Source: Octopus sinensis (taxonomy: Eukaryota). From it: 64,000 bases of DNA. The notes below the pieces were generated by a model. It was not told where the DNA came from, did not search any database, and was given only the letters and a program-made list of their open reading frames with translations. A program made the position numbers and the translations under genes. The stretch is taken from assembly GCF_006345805.1 (NCBI RefSeq), contig NC_043009.1, positions 11,966,001 to 12,030,000 on the forward strand. The letters run 5' to 3'. Of the stretch, positions 36,667-50,832 are shown piece after piece; positions within the stretch are counted from its first letter, which is position 1; each line of letters starts with the position of its first letter.

Positions 36667-37381
36667 CACACAGATACTTATACATACACACACACACACT
36701 CACCTAAATACATATACTATATACACAGACGTTAATGTCAATGAAGACCCCTTCTGTCTAACATGTCGTGTTGAGAGCATGTCTTTGACAAATTTTTTTA
36801 AAACTTCTCTGTTAAGTCTTTCAAGTATACAGATGTTATGTTTTTGTTGTACCACTAACAATGTACACTAAATCTCTCTTTGTGTCTTCTGCATGTCTCT
36901 CTCTTCCCCCTCTCTCCTCTGTCATTGTGGTTCTCGGTATCTCTGTCTATCGGTTTGTCTGCCTTGGTCTCTTTTCTCTTTCTTCCTGTGTCTTTGTTTC
37001 ACCATTTCTCAAAAGAAACCAGTTGTCGTCGTATGAAAACATTTACAGATATTTAGACGCTGCTTGAGATTTATAAGGCAAATAATCGCATAAATCCATG
37101 GCGCATATTTCACATACATACACAAACATATACACACACACACATGCACACAGCATACACACACTCATGCGTTTGAACCACATAACCGCGCAAACACACA
37201 CACAAGAACACATACGTACATATATATATATAAGACTCATATTTTTATAATCTGTTGATCATCATTTGGCAAGTAGATAAAGAACTAATTAGCGAAAAAC
37301 TGTGTTATCAAAACAACTCGTATTTCAACCAAACTTTTATCAGTAATCCTACCCCGATCGACTCTGAATATCACCGCTTTT

Positions 37382-37466
<85 letters not shown>

Positions 37467-37467
37467 A

Positions 37468-37507
<40 letters not shown>

Positions 37508-37581
37508 CACACGCGACACATGCATCCTGATGAAAATGTAGGCTCTTCCATGTATTCACTGTGGTGAATTTATATATATAT

Positions 37582-37614
<33 letters not shown>

Positions 37615-37635
37615 CACACACATAAACATACACAT

Positions 37636-37668
<33 letters not shown>

Positions 37669-37713
37669 AATATATATATATACAAACACATACGTACATA
37701 TATACATACATAC

Positions 37714-37757
<44 letters not shown>

Positions 37758-37980
37758 CAAACACGCACATATACATATATATTTATATACATACACACAC
37801 ACATATATATACATATACATATATATACGCATCACACACATATAAATGCATGTATATATAGCAAAGTAAATATTAAAACAAAAATAAACAAAAGTCCAAG
37901 GGATGCTCACAGTAAAACATTATCAGCTTGACGCACAAGGAAGGACAAATAGTTATAGAGCAAAGCTCTTAGAGTAAAAA

Positions 37981-38018
37981 TATAACGTTTCGCACATATT
38001 CCCTTCGTCAAGTGCTAA
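37981..38018 (-). ncRNA. Degenerate hammerhead-like motif
   Basis: Minus strand UUGACGA-AGGGAAUAUGUGC-GAAA-CGUU; C3U change and a poor stem II. Confidence 0.25.
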
Positions 38019-39074
38019 AGTGAAGTACAGGGAGAGTGGGAAGAGAAGGAAGAGAGAAAAGAGCCAAGAAAATAGTAGCACTTGGGTTAGCTTTAGATGC
38101 TTCTACACAAATATAATATCATTGGGTGTGACTCTGCCCTAAACAGCAATAAAATTTCCCCTCAAATTACACACTACATTGAATATGGAAGTACTGGAAA
38201 GTGACAGGAACATTTTTAATCATATACCATTGGTCCGTTCGATCAGGGATGGTCTGAGGTTAACAAAAAATACAAACCTATGTGCAGTCTAATATTTGTA
38301 GTACTGAATTATTTACCTTCCGCCAGTTTATGCAGAACGGTTTTGGTGGGACTACAAAGATCTTGGAATGATTACAAGAACATTTCGCTGATTAGAAAAT
38401 AAAAAAAATAAAAAAGACATAACGACTTGGTGAACTTCACTAATGGCATTCTGCTAGAAGACTATATAGTGAATCGGAGCCTTACACTAAGGATTTACAT
38501 ACGTAACGCTGTGAGTTGAAAATCTTCGATTGAGTGCCATTACTCGAGTAATCTGTGGGCAAAATCTTCCCCGAGAGACGTTTAAAAAGGAGAAGTAACA
38601 AAGAAGGGAGATAAGTCAAGTTAGATTGACTAAAATTTTCGGACAAGTCTCTCTCTCTCCCTTCCAAAATACATAACATTCTGCGTCCACATTAGAGATC
38701 ATTATTTTTATAATTACTAGTACTACTGCTGCTCTTGTTCTTGTTGTTACTAATGATGATGATGATGATGATGATACTGCTGTTGCAGCTGTGACGCCTC
38801 TAGATTACAAGAGATTAAAAATGCGAGCAAATTAATTACTTATAGATTGATGTATATACTATTGCGATACTGTACTTCTAAGAAATAGAGTAATTTCTAA
38901 GATAATATAATTATGAGACTATGCGCGTATATCCATAATTATGATTATATCTGTGGTTGTCTGCGTCTCTCATAACTGAACTGTGAAGATATTCAGAGCT
39001 TGATAGACTGAGAATAAAAAGTACGAACGTAATTATACGTACGTTTACAAGTGTAAGTTTATATATAACGGGAA

Positions 39075-39310
39075 GCTTTATGAAAATAAACAAAAGACGA
39101 AGGCAGGTGGAAAACAAACGAACAATTGTATTAGTATGGCGCTCAGGAAATATAAATAAAACAAGTCTTTAACGTTTCGAGCCTACGCTCTTCAACAAAA
39201 GATACACAGAGAGAAAAACCAGAAGAAGGAGAGAAAAAAAATGCGTGCAGTAGCTAACGAATCAACATGGCGATCTGATTTCGGCCAGAGGTCAAAGATC
39301 AAACATGAGA
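39075..39310 (-). mobile_element. Family H repeat, diverged copy with hammerhead-like motif at 39165-39200
   Basis: Minus UCUUU-UGUUGA-A-GAGC(GUAG)GCUC-GAAA-CGUU-AAAGA; stem II unchanged although the flanks have diverged. Confidence 0.65.
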
Positions 39311-39369
39311 CGCGAGAGCGAAATAAGGGGAGATAATAGGGTTGATAAAAGGTTGAGGGACCATCTAAA

Positions 39370-39700
39370 AGTGCGTGGGAGGGTTCTGGATGTGTGTATG
39401 TATAGGGTTGGTGTATGTATTAGTAGTGATAAGGGTGTGTTGTGTTGTGTGTGTGTATGAGAGAGTATTAGTGCGTAAGATTGGTCTGGACGTGCGTATG
39501 TATGGGGTTGGTGTATGTATTATTATGTATTAGTATGTATTGGTATGTATATGGTGTGTGTGTGTGTGTGTGAGAGAGTATAAGTGCGTAGCGGGGTCTG
39601 GACGTGTGTATGTAAGGGGTTGGTGTAAGTATTAGTATGTACTAGTATGTATTAGTACGTATTAGTATGTATTGTTGGTGTGTGTATTAGTATGGCACAT
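39370..39700. repeat. ~105-bp three-unit minisatellite
   Basis: AGTGCGT..GGTCTGGACGTG..GGGGTTGGTGTA recurs near 39370, 39470 and 39580. Confidence 0.75.
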
Positions 39701-39729
39701 CGTATGTGATGTGATGTGTAAATCATGTG

Positions 39730-39935
39730 GTGTAGTGAGGAGAAGAGGGGGGAGAAGAGGGAGAGGGAGAAGAGGGGGAGGGGGAAAAAGGGGGGGAGAG
39801 GAAGAAGAGGGGAGGAGAAGGGGATAGGGAGGATTGGGGAGAAGGAAGGGGATGAGGGGGGATGTGAGGAGGAAAGAGGAGAGGGGGATAGAGAAGAGGG
39901 GAAGAGGGAGTGAGGGAGCAGAGGGAAGGGGAAAT
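39730..39935. repeat. G-rich polypurine tract
   Basis: Almost exclusively G/A with many G3+ runs. Confidence 0.9.
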
Positions 39936-40344
39936 CAGGGAGTGTGTATATATATATCTAATATATATTATATATACTCATATATATTTGCATGTATATA
40001 TGTGTGTGTCTGTGTGTATCATGTGCATGAGTCTGTTCATACATTTATATATACAAGCATACAAAAGAGGATCTGAAGTAAGAATCCTTTTGCATAAATA
40101 CAGGAAGCTATTTACACAGCTGAAGCATCACATGGTAAAAGCAGCAAACGATGGACAATTGAGGATCCTCAAGAGATTTCTTCTTTGTGTAGTGTGATTG
40201 TGTAGGTCAAGTAAGACTAGCATTGCGGTAAAGATGAATTCAGTACTACAAGCTAGTAACTAGCAAATATCTTGTCAATTCTATAGTGTTTTAATATCGT
40301 AATTATATATACATATAAACTATATCAATAATGATTTCATATTT

Positions 40345-41397
40345 TGATTCAAGGCCGGCAGCTTATCGACCCCGAAGAAGACGAAAGGTAAAGTCGACCT
40401 CAGCGGAAGTTGAACTCAGGATATAAAGAAAGACGAAAGTGCTACTATGCACATTTGATCCGCCGTGCTAACGATTCGGCCAGCTCTCCCCCTTTTAAAC
40501 TATAGTAATAACTTTTTACATGGGGCTATGGTTGCAGATTTTGTGATCATGAATTAGTCGGCTAAATGGACTCCAGTATTTGGCTGGTATTTTATTTTAA
40601 CGACTACAGTGAGATGAAACGCAAAAATTGACTTCGGCAAGATCTGAACTCAGATCGTAAAGCGCCGTAACAAAATATCGGCTCCATTACGATTCTGCCA
40701 GTATACTATCCTCAAACACCACAATAATAACGTCTTCAAGTTTTGGCACAAAACCAACGATTCCGTGAGGAGGGTTTAGACAATACCATCAATCCCTTTA
40801 CATGATTGATACTTTATTTTAGCGACCATGAAAGAATGAAAAGCAAAGTTGATCATTGCAGGATTTGAACTCAGAACGTAAACAGCATTTTACCCAAAGC
40901 TCTAGCAATTCTGCCGGCTTGTTGCCTTAATCGTTATAATAATAATCTTTACTATTATAGGCGCAAGGCCTAACACTTTGCGAGAAGGGGCTAATCGATT
41001 TCATCGACCTCAGTGCGTAACTGGTACTTATTTTATTGACCCCCAAAAGAATGAAAGACAAAGTCAGTCTCAGCGGCATTTGAAGTCAGAACGTAAAGAC
41101 GTACCTATTTCTTTACTACCCACAAGGGGCTAAATACAGAGAGGACAAACAAGGACAGACAAACGAATTAAGTCGATTACATCGACCCCAGTGAGTAACT
41201 GGTACTTATTTAATCGACCCCGAAAGGATGAAAGACAAAGTTGACCTCGGCGAAATTTGAACTTAGAACGTAACGGCAGACGAAATACCGCGAAGCATTT
41301 CGCCCGGCGTGCTAACGTTTCGGCCAGCTCGCCGCCTTCAGACGTACCACTAAGGATTTCGTGTGGCGTGCTAACGACTCTGCCAGCTCACTGCCTT
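40345..41397 (-). mobile_element. Cluster of co-oriented A2 SINE copies with a nested young SINE A
   Basis: Four decayed copies (~40350, 40540, 40760, 40945), the last split by 41106-41339. Confidence 0.75.
41106..41339 (-). mobile_element. SINE A monomer inserted in an A2 head
   Basis: TSD AGACGTACC at 41097-41105 and 41340-41348. Confidence 0.88.
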
Positions 41398-41999
41398 AAT
41401 CGCCATAACAATTATGGTTTCTAAACATTGACACAAGCCCAGTATACATTTGTTCCTATGGCTGTGCCAGTGTGATGAAATGCGAGTGTACATCTATGTT
41501 TGTGTGTGCTTTGTACGTGTAACTTAGTTAATATTTATAAGTACCGACATCGCTATGATTTGTGTAAATACGAATGATAATATTTGTCTGAATAATGAAA
41601 TTAATTATAGCATTAATGGATTTGTGAGTGGGGAAATAATGTCTGTTCTGCCGAAATAACCAGCGTGGTAATTTTCTTTCAACGCAACAAATAAGCTTGA
41701 CATATCCACACACACACATATTTGACGATTATAAAATTAAATGTTAAATGCCAACTATTGGATGATATACTTCCTGCCAGATACGGGCGTAATTCATGCA
41801 TATTAATTCTTTTACTTTCTCACTCTATAGTGTTACAAGAATGTGGATGAAATAAATCTTAGATCAACAGCAAAAGCTAAACTTTGTAATTTCGATAAAA
41901 TATGGATGCAAAATCTGAAACGCAGAAAGAAAAACAAAGGGAGAAGAAGATGGAGGGAGAAAGGGAAAGAGAGAGAGTGAGAGAGAGAGAGTGAGAGAT

Positions 42000-42040
<41 letters not shown>

Positions 42041-42252
42041 AGACATGTGCATGACATGTCGATTTTCTTTGCTTCAATTCTTTGGACAGCTGTTGATAGA
42101 CTCTTTCAAAAGAGGCCGGCTTTTTTCTTTCATCCTTTCGGGGTCGATAAATTAAGTACCAGTGAAACACTAGGGTCGATGTAACTGCCTGCTCCCTTCC
42201 CCCAAAAATTCCAGGCCTTGTGTCTTTAATGGAAAGGATTATTATTGGTATT

Positions 42253-42755
42253 AAGGTGGCGAGCTGGCAGAAACGTTAGTACGCCGGGCAAAATGCTTAG
42301 CAGTATTTCGTCTGCCGTTACGTTCTGAGTTCAAATTCCGCCGAGGTCGACTTTGCCTTTCATCCTTTCGAGGTCGATAAATTAAGTACCAGTTAGCACT
42401 GGGTCAATATAATCGACTTAATCCATTTGTCTATCCTTGTTTATCCCCTCTGTGATTAGCCCCTTGTGGGTAGTAAAGAAATAGGTACTTCGTCTGCCGC
42501 TACGTTCTGAGTTCAAATTCCGCCGAGGTCGACTTTGCCTTTCATCCTTTCGGGGTCGATTAAAGAAGTACCAGTTACGCACTGGGGTCGATATAATCGA
42601 CTTAATCCGTTTGTCTGTCCTTGTTTGTCCTCTCTGTGATTAGCCCCTTGTGGGTAGTAAAGAAATAGGTATTTCGTCTGCCGCTACGTTCTGAGTTCAA
42701 ATTAATCCGTTTGTCTGTCCTTGTTTGTCCCCTCTGTGGGCAATAAAAGAAAAAA
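42253..42755 (+). mobile_element. SINE A trimer (third unit internally deleted)
   Basis: Junctions at 42484/42485 and 42668/42669; period 184 bp. Confidence 0.88.
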
Positions 42756-45092
42756 GGAATTGTTAACACTCCGTGCTAGATGCTCTGCAGCATTTCTTCC
42801 TGCTTTTTACGTTGATTTTAAATCCACCGAGGTCAGCTTTGCCCTTCATTTCTTTCGGGGTCGATAAAATAACTACCAGTTGAGCACTAGGATCAGTGTA
42901 ATCGACTAGCACTGTCCCTGCAAATGTCAGGCCTTGTGCTTGTAGTTGAAAAAAATGATCATTGTTGTTGTTGGTTCTGCTATTTTTGTTGTTCTAGGTT
43001 TAGTTGTAAGAAAGACACACTCCTTATCTGCTTCCCAAACATCTGTTGCTGGTGAGAAGCTGGTGTCAGCTTTTGTTGGTTTCCTCCTTTATTGACGTCT
43101 AGTTCAAATTTCACCAACATTGCATGTCGTAGTCCGTGATGCATCAGTGATTAGCAAAAAACAAGAGAAAAATGAATGTTTGTGTAATATCTATATATAT
43201 GTAAATCGTAAGCAGCTACGGCATTTATTTTTTTTAAATACGCATAAACAATAGATGAGTGGGAAGCAAATATGGGATCGAAAAAGTATACCCATTGATG
43301 AAGGTCGAAGCCTATAGCTGTTGCTATTTCTTTTAAACACGATACAAATGTTACGGCAGACACGTCAACATGCTTCCCAGGGAACACAGGTTATATAAGC
43401 TGGTCGTTCCCAAATATCCCACCTACAAGGATATTGGTTTGTTGATGTTGCTGTTGTTATCGTTTTGGTTCTTGTTTAGACTCAGGTCAACCCCGATCGA
43501 ACTCCCTCGTTTTCTTGAGGCTCATAGAGTGTGGTTTGAGTAAGATCCTGTTGCTATTTCTAGCTAGTTGAGCGACGACCACGAAGAGGCTCGATGAATT
43601 ACACTGGTTGCTTGCTTTTGTTTAAGGCGGGAAGAGATGCATAAAGAAGAAATAGCCCTCTTCTGAAACACTTTAATTGAAATCTGTCTGCCTACAAACA
43701 GTTCATTGTTTACTTACACTGGCGTATCCTCACAGACGGTCACAAAGCCATGATGTGGTAGCAGCGGTAGAACAACGTATCAGATATCATTTTCACTACT
43801 ATCAGATTTCGTCTGTCTCTCGTTTGAGCTCAAAATCTGCTGGGGTTGACTAGGTCTTTCACCCCAATAGGGTAGATTAAACAAGTAGTTTTACTTGTAA
43901 ATCAATTCAGACAATTGTACTCCACAGTCTAATAAATCAATTTAACTGTACTCTATAACCAAGTAAAAATAAATCGATATTCAATATAACAACGACCAGC
44001 TGTTTTGGTAAAGCTGATCAGAATGAGCAATTACAGCGAAGAAGATACACTTTAGTCATTCAAAAATGCACTTATATATTACTTAAATGATTTTTACCAG
44101 TTTCTGTGTGCATGTGAATAACTAATATGAGTTCCATTATGTAATTACTTTAGCTACAAAGTAAGGTCTCAGATCAAATCATGTGCCAGCTGGGCTGGCG
44201 CTAGGAAGTGCGGGGCCGAATTAGAGAAATGTTAGTTGGGTCTTCTCCTCTAAAAAAGCTAAAGATTGATGTTTTATGTTTCGTGTAGTGCGTCGGTACC
44301 AGTCAAAAAGCGTTGAGGGCTTGAGGCCTCAATGATGTATGTAAAATTCATCATAGCGACCTTCGGACGAGCCTGTGTACGGGGACCTCACTTGGTGCGG
44401 AGCCCAGTTTGAACAAATCTGTCTGACTTATAACCGGCCCTACTTGCCAGGTAAGTACAAGTCTGAGACGAGAAGAATTAAACGAATCCAAAGTCTTCTG
44501 ATTGATAAGTTTTAGACAAATATTTTTTTAATTTCTAAAAACGACTTAGGCCCAGAAGGGAAGGCAATGCTGCCTACAGCTAGCTTCCCCGTCAATTCTT
44601 AATAGAGTTATATCGGTGGTTCTGTAAAGTTAATAGGGTTAATATTGAATGCTTTTGTTTTTATTTTCTATTTTAATAGCTTGAGTAGAAAGGATAACTT
44701 TTAAACTTCTATGGTCCTTTTTAGGGTCACTGTGATTAGTGAGTCGGTGAGTGGTTGGTTGGTTGGGAGTTACCTTCAAGTCGGAAACCTGATCTAACTG
44801 CTGGCAATAAAGTGAACTCAGCAAAAATTACCCAGGTACTTGGTGGTGGTGGTAGTGAACCGGACGATGGATTAAGTCTACCACCCAAATGGTATTACAA
44901 GGTTGATCATTACAGTTTGATTATTGCGGAGGTCTCGAGGAATGATGGAGTAGAGGATTATAGAAGTCGGGAAATACGTGATGTTGTTGTTGTAAGGCGA
45001 TCAAAGCTAATCAAGGCGGCCTATGATTAAAAATCGATTTTTTTTCTTTTTGTGACCGTTCCGCTTTCCTCTGCAAAGAACATTAGAACCAA

Positions 45093-45763
45093 CAGTGGCG
45101 GCTCGCAGATACAGTTAGTTGGGGTGTTGCTTTAGAAAAGTTTTAGCCGTTCTTTTAATATTGTGTAAAAGGAAGCAAACATTTAAAAAGAAGATTTATA
45201 CATAAACTTGATCGGTTCACGTTTTAGCCACTGCCCGGTAGTGTGTTTAATTTGTTCACTGAACGTCACCGCGAATTCTCCCTTGTTTTTCAAAAATCCC
45301 CCTTAAATCACAAAATAGGCGGGAGGTGGAAATCTGCCCTATTTTTTGAAATCATGGCAGCAACATTGTAGCTAAAAGCAGGATAATAATCTAATTCTAC
45401 ATTTTATCGCATTCAAGAATATAAACACGTTTTTAAGGCACAACGTACAAAAGAGTGAAAAAGCAACACTACCTTTCACCAGCACTGCGCGAACCACAGT
45501 GCTCTCTCTCTCTCTCTCTCTCTCTAGCGTGAAGCTTCCTATCTCGGACATGTGAGCATGCGCACAACAGCCAAACATTGCGTCACTGGAACTGTGAAGC
45601 GCAAGGATTTCTGTATTTTTTTCATAAACTAGGAGATGGCTACTGACATTATAAAGAAAGAATTAAAAAAGAAAAGGACCCCTTATATTGAATGTTATCG
45701 ATAATATCGATTGGAATTAGGGGGTGCTGCAGTTTTGCAGTGCCTATACACGAGCCGCCACTG
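45093..45763. mobile_element. TIR element (hAT- or P-like), non-autonomous
   Basis: TIRs CAGTGGCGGCTCG / CGAGCCGCCACTG; flanks GAACCAA / GAACTAA (apparent 7-bp TSD, 1 mismatch). Confidence 0.7.
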
Positions 45764-45937
45764 GAACTAAATGTGACTTTCATTTTATTGAAGTCGATAG
45801 GATGTAATTTATTAAAAACTTTAGCTGCTATGTCTGGTATATAGTCTCTCTAGTTAGATCGAGTGATGAATTTCTTTTTACTGTTGTTGTTTAACCCCAG
45901 GTCAACCTTGATCGAGCATACCTATGCCCCAAAGTAT

Positions 45938-46330
45938 ATTTCTTTACTACCCACAATTAAGGACAGACAAACGGATTAAGTCGATTATATTGACCCCCAG
46001 TGCGTAACTGGTATTTATTTAATTGACCCCGAAAGGATGAAAGGCAAAGTCGACCTCGGCAGAATTTGAACTCAGAACGTAACGGCAGAGGAAATACCTA
46101 TTTCTTTACTGCCCACAAGGGGCTAAACACAGAGGAGACAAAAAGGGACAGACAAACGGATTAAGTCGATTACATCGACACCAGGGCGTAATTGGTCCTT
46201 AATTTATCGACCCCGAAAGGATGAAAGGCAAAGTCGACCTCGGCGGAATTTGAACTCAGGACGTAAAGGCAGACGAAATGCGGCTTCGCATTTCGCCCGG
46301 CGTGCTAACGTTTCTGCCAGCTCGCCGCCT
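45938..46330 (-). mobile_element. SINE A dimer
   Basis: Junction 46097/46098; GCCCCAAAGTAT duplicated at 45926-45937 and 46337-46348. Confidence 0.88.
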
Positions 46331-46981
46331 TATCGAGCCCCAAAGTATTCCAACCGTGATCATCTCGCCTCTTTTCACACGTAGTTCATCTAGGACTAGA
46401 TTATCCAATACCAAATCTCACCAATGATTTGACTAGTGTTTCTACGTGAACAATAGAGCATTCGACGCGTGAACTTTGTATCTTACAAAGTGTCAGCAGC
46501 TGCTGAGAATATCACTACTGGATGTAATTGTTTTTCTTTGTTCCTGACAGATTGACATTGTTTATAAACTGGACGTCGTTCGGTGTCAAATTACCTCGAG
46601 ATTTCGTAACTTCAAACAACTGTGAAAAAAAACCCCAACAGATAGTTGAAAGACCTGTTTTAGGAAACATTACGACTTTGTAATAAAAAAGAAAGGAACA
46701 AAGAAAAGTGTCTGATGATTAGATAATTATTCCTTGCACTGACACAAGGACGCAAGTGAATAGGGATGTTGTATACTTAAGGTCTATAAGAAGGGAAAGG
46801 CTCTACCGGTCCCAGAAACTCGTTCCGAAGCCATCAGTCGGGCTCAACATAAAAAAAAATTAAAAATTAAAAATTAAAACAAAACCTTTACAGCTCCTTT
46901 AAATTTTAGTATCCTATATTTATATAAAATAGAGAGATTAGATAGACAGACAGACAGTCAAACAGAAAGACAAACAAACAA

Positions 46982-46982
<1 letters not shown>

Positions 46983-47059
<77 letters not shown>

Positions 47060-47114
47060 GGATAGCTAGCTAGCTAGCTAGATAGATAGATAGATGGATA
47101 GATAGATAGATAGT

Positions 47115-47161
<47 letters not shown>

Positions 47162-47162
47162 T

Positions 47163-47223
<61 letters not shown>

Positions 47224-47235
47224 GGATGGATAGAT
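46983..47235. repeat. (GATA)n microsatellite
   Basis: Directly visible. Confidence 0.95.
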
Positions 47236-48232
47236 ATGTGCATGCGTGTGCATGCATGCATATTGTGGCTGCCCAGAGTAAGCAGAGATATAATTGAAGA
47301 CATTCCAATCATGCACACCCCATTTTTTTACTCGGGTTAAACACGCACACACGCACACAAACACAACACAACGTTATGCCTTAAGACTATTTAAGGGTGA
47401 TTTAAAAGAAATTTTGCTGCTATTTTTAGCCCATCAAGCGACCACATCAAGCTCGGCAATAATCGTGTCAACAAATAATAGACGTGCGCGCAAATGAGTA
47501 TTTCTGCAAAATAGCGCATGCAAATGTGCACGCGTACATGCAAGGACAGGCGCACGTTTGCTGACGGGTGCAATGAGCTAAAACATTATTCAGCCGCCTA
47601 TCATTATGTAAATTTTTGCAGAGCTAAAAGAACCCCGGGTAACAGGCTCCACCCCACTAAGTGCCCGGGGTACATGAAACCGAAATACGACAACCCCGCA
47701 CATGGGTAGCTTGAAAGGTCTGCGACGACGGCAGTGATGTTGATGTTGATGATGATGATGTTAAATGATGATGATGATGATGATGATTATGATGATGATG
47801 ATGGTGATGATGATGATGGTGATGATGATGGACCAACAGTCAGTGTACACACATAAACGCAATCTCTCCTCTCTCTCTCTCTCTCACCTGGCGCACGCAC
47901 ACACACATACAGTGGCACGTATATGCAAACGGAGACATGTAAAAACGTAGACAAGCACACACGCACATGCAGCCGTACGAATAAACGCATAATACTCGCA
48001 TACTCATATACGCATCATCATAATAAGCATCTGAATGAAAAGTACACACACACACACACACACGCTTCTATACAATGCATGCATATATCCATGTGTGCAG
48101 GTTGTCCTAGAAGCAAAGTAGCATTTAAACTTGTTTTATACTCGAGATGACAGACTACCATGACACTTGTTATATATATATAAGTATATACATACATACA
48201 TGCATACATACATACATACATACATACATACA

Positions 48233-48268
<36 letters not shown>

Positions 48269-49644
48269 TAGGAATTCCTCCTCTGTTTGTTTTTTATGTT
48301 TTATTTATATTCTTTATGATATTAATGTAGAATATAGAATATATAGTATAAATAGTATATATAGTAACATGAAATGAAGTATTGATTGTCTTATTGAATA
48401 GATGAAATATTGAATATAAAATATTAAGGGACTAGTATACTTTCTTGCATTATAACAGTCTTCAAGGTCCCAAGCTGTGACAGGAGTGTTTCAACATGCA
48501 ACATACATACATGCATATATATATACATATAAAAGTTTAGTAAAAATTTAGGTTCAGTTGAATATGGTACTTAAGTTAAAGTCACAAAAATTTAGTATGC
48601 TATTCTCCATATGATTCAAAATGGGGTGATTATAATCAAAATAAGTAACAAGGATATCCAGATATATGTATATGTATGTATGATGCATGCATATCCACAC
48701 ACACAAACACACATACACACACATATATATGTATATAGTGTTCATACATGCAAATAGTGTGTATGCGTGCTCGCTGGTGTATGATGCATTCAAGCGTATT
48801 CGTGTTTGCTTGCAACGACAAATAGCTATGCATTATTTCATAACAACTGTCAACTGAACAATTATTCTCCACGTCTGCATCAATAGGTATTTACAAGCAT
48901 GCATGTATATGTTGCATGCCATGTGCATATGATGTCTAGATGCACTGCACCCAGGGGCTATGATGCTAAAATACCCGGATCCTTTATTTATTATCATTAT
49001 TATTTTCTTTTTTTTTTTTTTGGTAGCTCCATTTCTTGCATCGAGGTTTGTCGAGTTAGAAGTAAAGGAGTGTAGTTATGTATAAATTACCTTTTTGTGT
49101 ATGTTTTGTATGCGTTTGTGTATGTGATGCTTGTATGAGGTGAATGTACGGTGTGTGTTGAATGATTCGTTGTGTATGTTAGAGATAGATAGAGAGATGA
49201 ATAGAGAGAGGGGAGATGGGGGGAGAGAGGGGGAGGTGGGGGGTTATAGCTCCAGGTTTATCGGTCGGCAACGAAAGCATTTTGCAGCGAATATTGAGTA
49301 AGTATGCATATAATGAGGAGGAGGAGGGGGAGAAGGAGGAGGAGGAGGACGACGACGACGACGATGATGATGATGATGATGATGATAGCAGCGGTGGTGG
49401 CTGTGGTGGTGACGATGATAAGGTGGTGGTGGTGGTGATGGTGGTGGTGGTGACGGTGGTGGTGGTGGTGGTGATGGTGGTGGTGGTGATGATGATAGCA
49501 GCGGTGGTGGCTGTGGTGGTGATGATGATATGGTGGTGGTGGTAGTGACGACGACGACGACGACGATGATGATGATAACGATGATGATGTGGAAAAGCGA
49601 TGAGGTGACGGTTGGAGGGTGTCGGTGGAAGATGAAGTTATTTA

Positions 49645-49844
49645 GATGGAGAAAGAAAGAAAGAAAGAAGAAAGAAGAAAGAAAGAAAGAAAGGAAGAAA
49701 GAAAGAAAGAAAGAAAGAAAGGAGGGAAGAAGGGAAGGAGGGAAGGAGGGAAGGAAGAAAGAAAGAAAGAAAGAAAGAAAGGAAGAAAGAAAGAAAGAAG
49801 GAAAGAAAGAAAGGAGGGAAGAAGGGAAGGAGGGAAGGAGGGAA

Positions 49845-49882
<38 letters not shown>

Positions 49883-50205
49883 AGAAAGGAAGAAAGAAAG
49901 AAAGAAAGAAAGGAAGAAAGAAAGAAGAAGGAAAGAAAGAAAGGAGGGAAGAAGGGAAGAGGGAAGAGGGAAGGAGGAAGGAAAAAGAAGAAAGAAAGAA
50001 GAATGAATGAAAGAAAGGAAGAAAGGAAGAAAGAAAGAAAGAAGAAAGGAAGAAAGAAAGAAAGAGAGAAAGAAGGAGGGAAGAAGGAAGAGGGAAGAGG
50101 GAAGGAAGAAAGAAAGAAAGAAGAAAGAAAGAAAGAAAGAAAGGAGAAGAAAGAAGAAAAAGAAGAAAGAAAGAAAGAAAGAAAGAAGATGGAAAGGAAG
50201 AAAGG
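49645..50205. repeat. ~560-bp polypurine (GAAA/GGAA) tract
   Basis: Near-pure purine plus strand with recurring GAAAGGAGGGAAGAAGGGAAG blocks. Confidence 0.95.
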
Positions 50206-50832
50206 GGTTAGAAAAGGATGCTGCAAAAATGTAGAAAACACATGAAGAAAGAAAGGGAAAAAACCGGAATACTTTAGGGATAATAAGACGAAAATGAGGA
50301 CGAGGACGAAGTGGAGGAAGAAGAGGAAGAAGAAGATGGGAAGAGTAGAAGTTGCAGAAATAAGTTGAAGGGAGCTATCTTTTTGCTCCTCTTTCCATCA
50401 CTCCAACCATCCGCATCAGTAACATCTGAGGCAACCTGACTCCCATTTGACTCTGCCTCGCATCCGATTTAACACTAGTCTTCGCGAACTGAAGGAAGAA
50501 CCTATAGGCGGATGCTCGTGCTGCTAAGAGTAGCAGCCAAATTTATCTCCCTAAATCGCACGTTGCGATTTCCAAACTTTAATGTTGCAACCCTCACTTC
50601 AGGGGGTTGCTGGCAAATATATTAAAGGGTCAATCCAGCAACTACATCATAAATACTAAATAGACTCGATAGTGTATTCATAGATCATAATAGGGAAACC
50701 AATTTCTTTTTAACACTGTTATGAAGTATTGTGCCATGAGGTGGCAGAAGGCGGACAGAGGGGACAGTGGGATAATTAGAATGAATCAAAAATAAGGACC
50801 GAAAGGGTAGGTGATATAGTGGATGACATACC

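Noticed and set aside
44195-44445. Possible hAT MITE (GGGCTGG...CCGGCCCT)
   Set aside because: The left TIR is too degenerate and no TSD was found.
45300-45600. CpG-containing promoter-like sequence
   Set aside because: It lies inside the TIR element 45093-45763.
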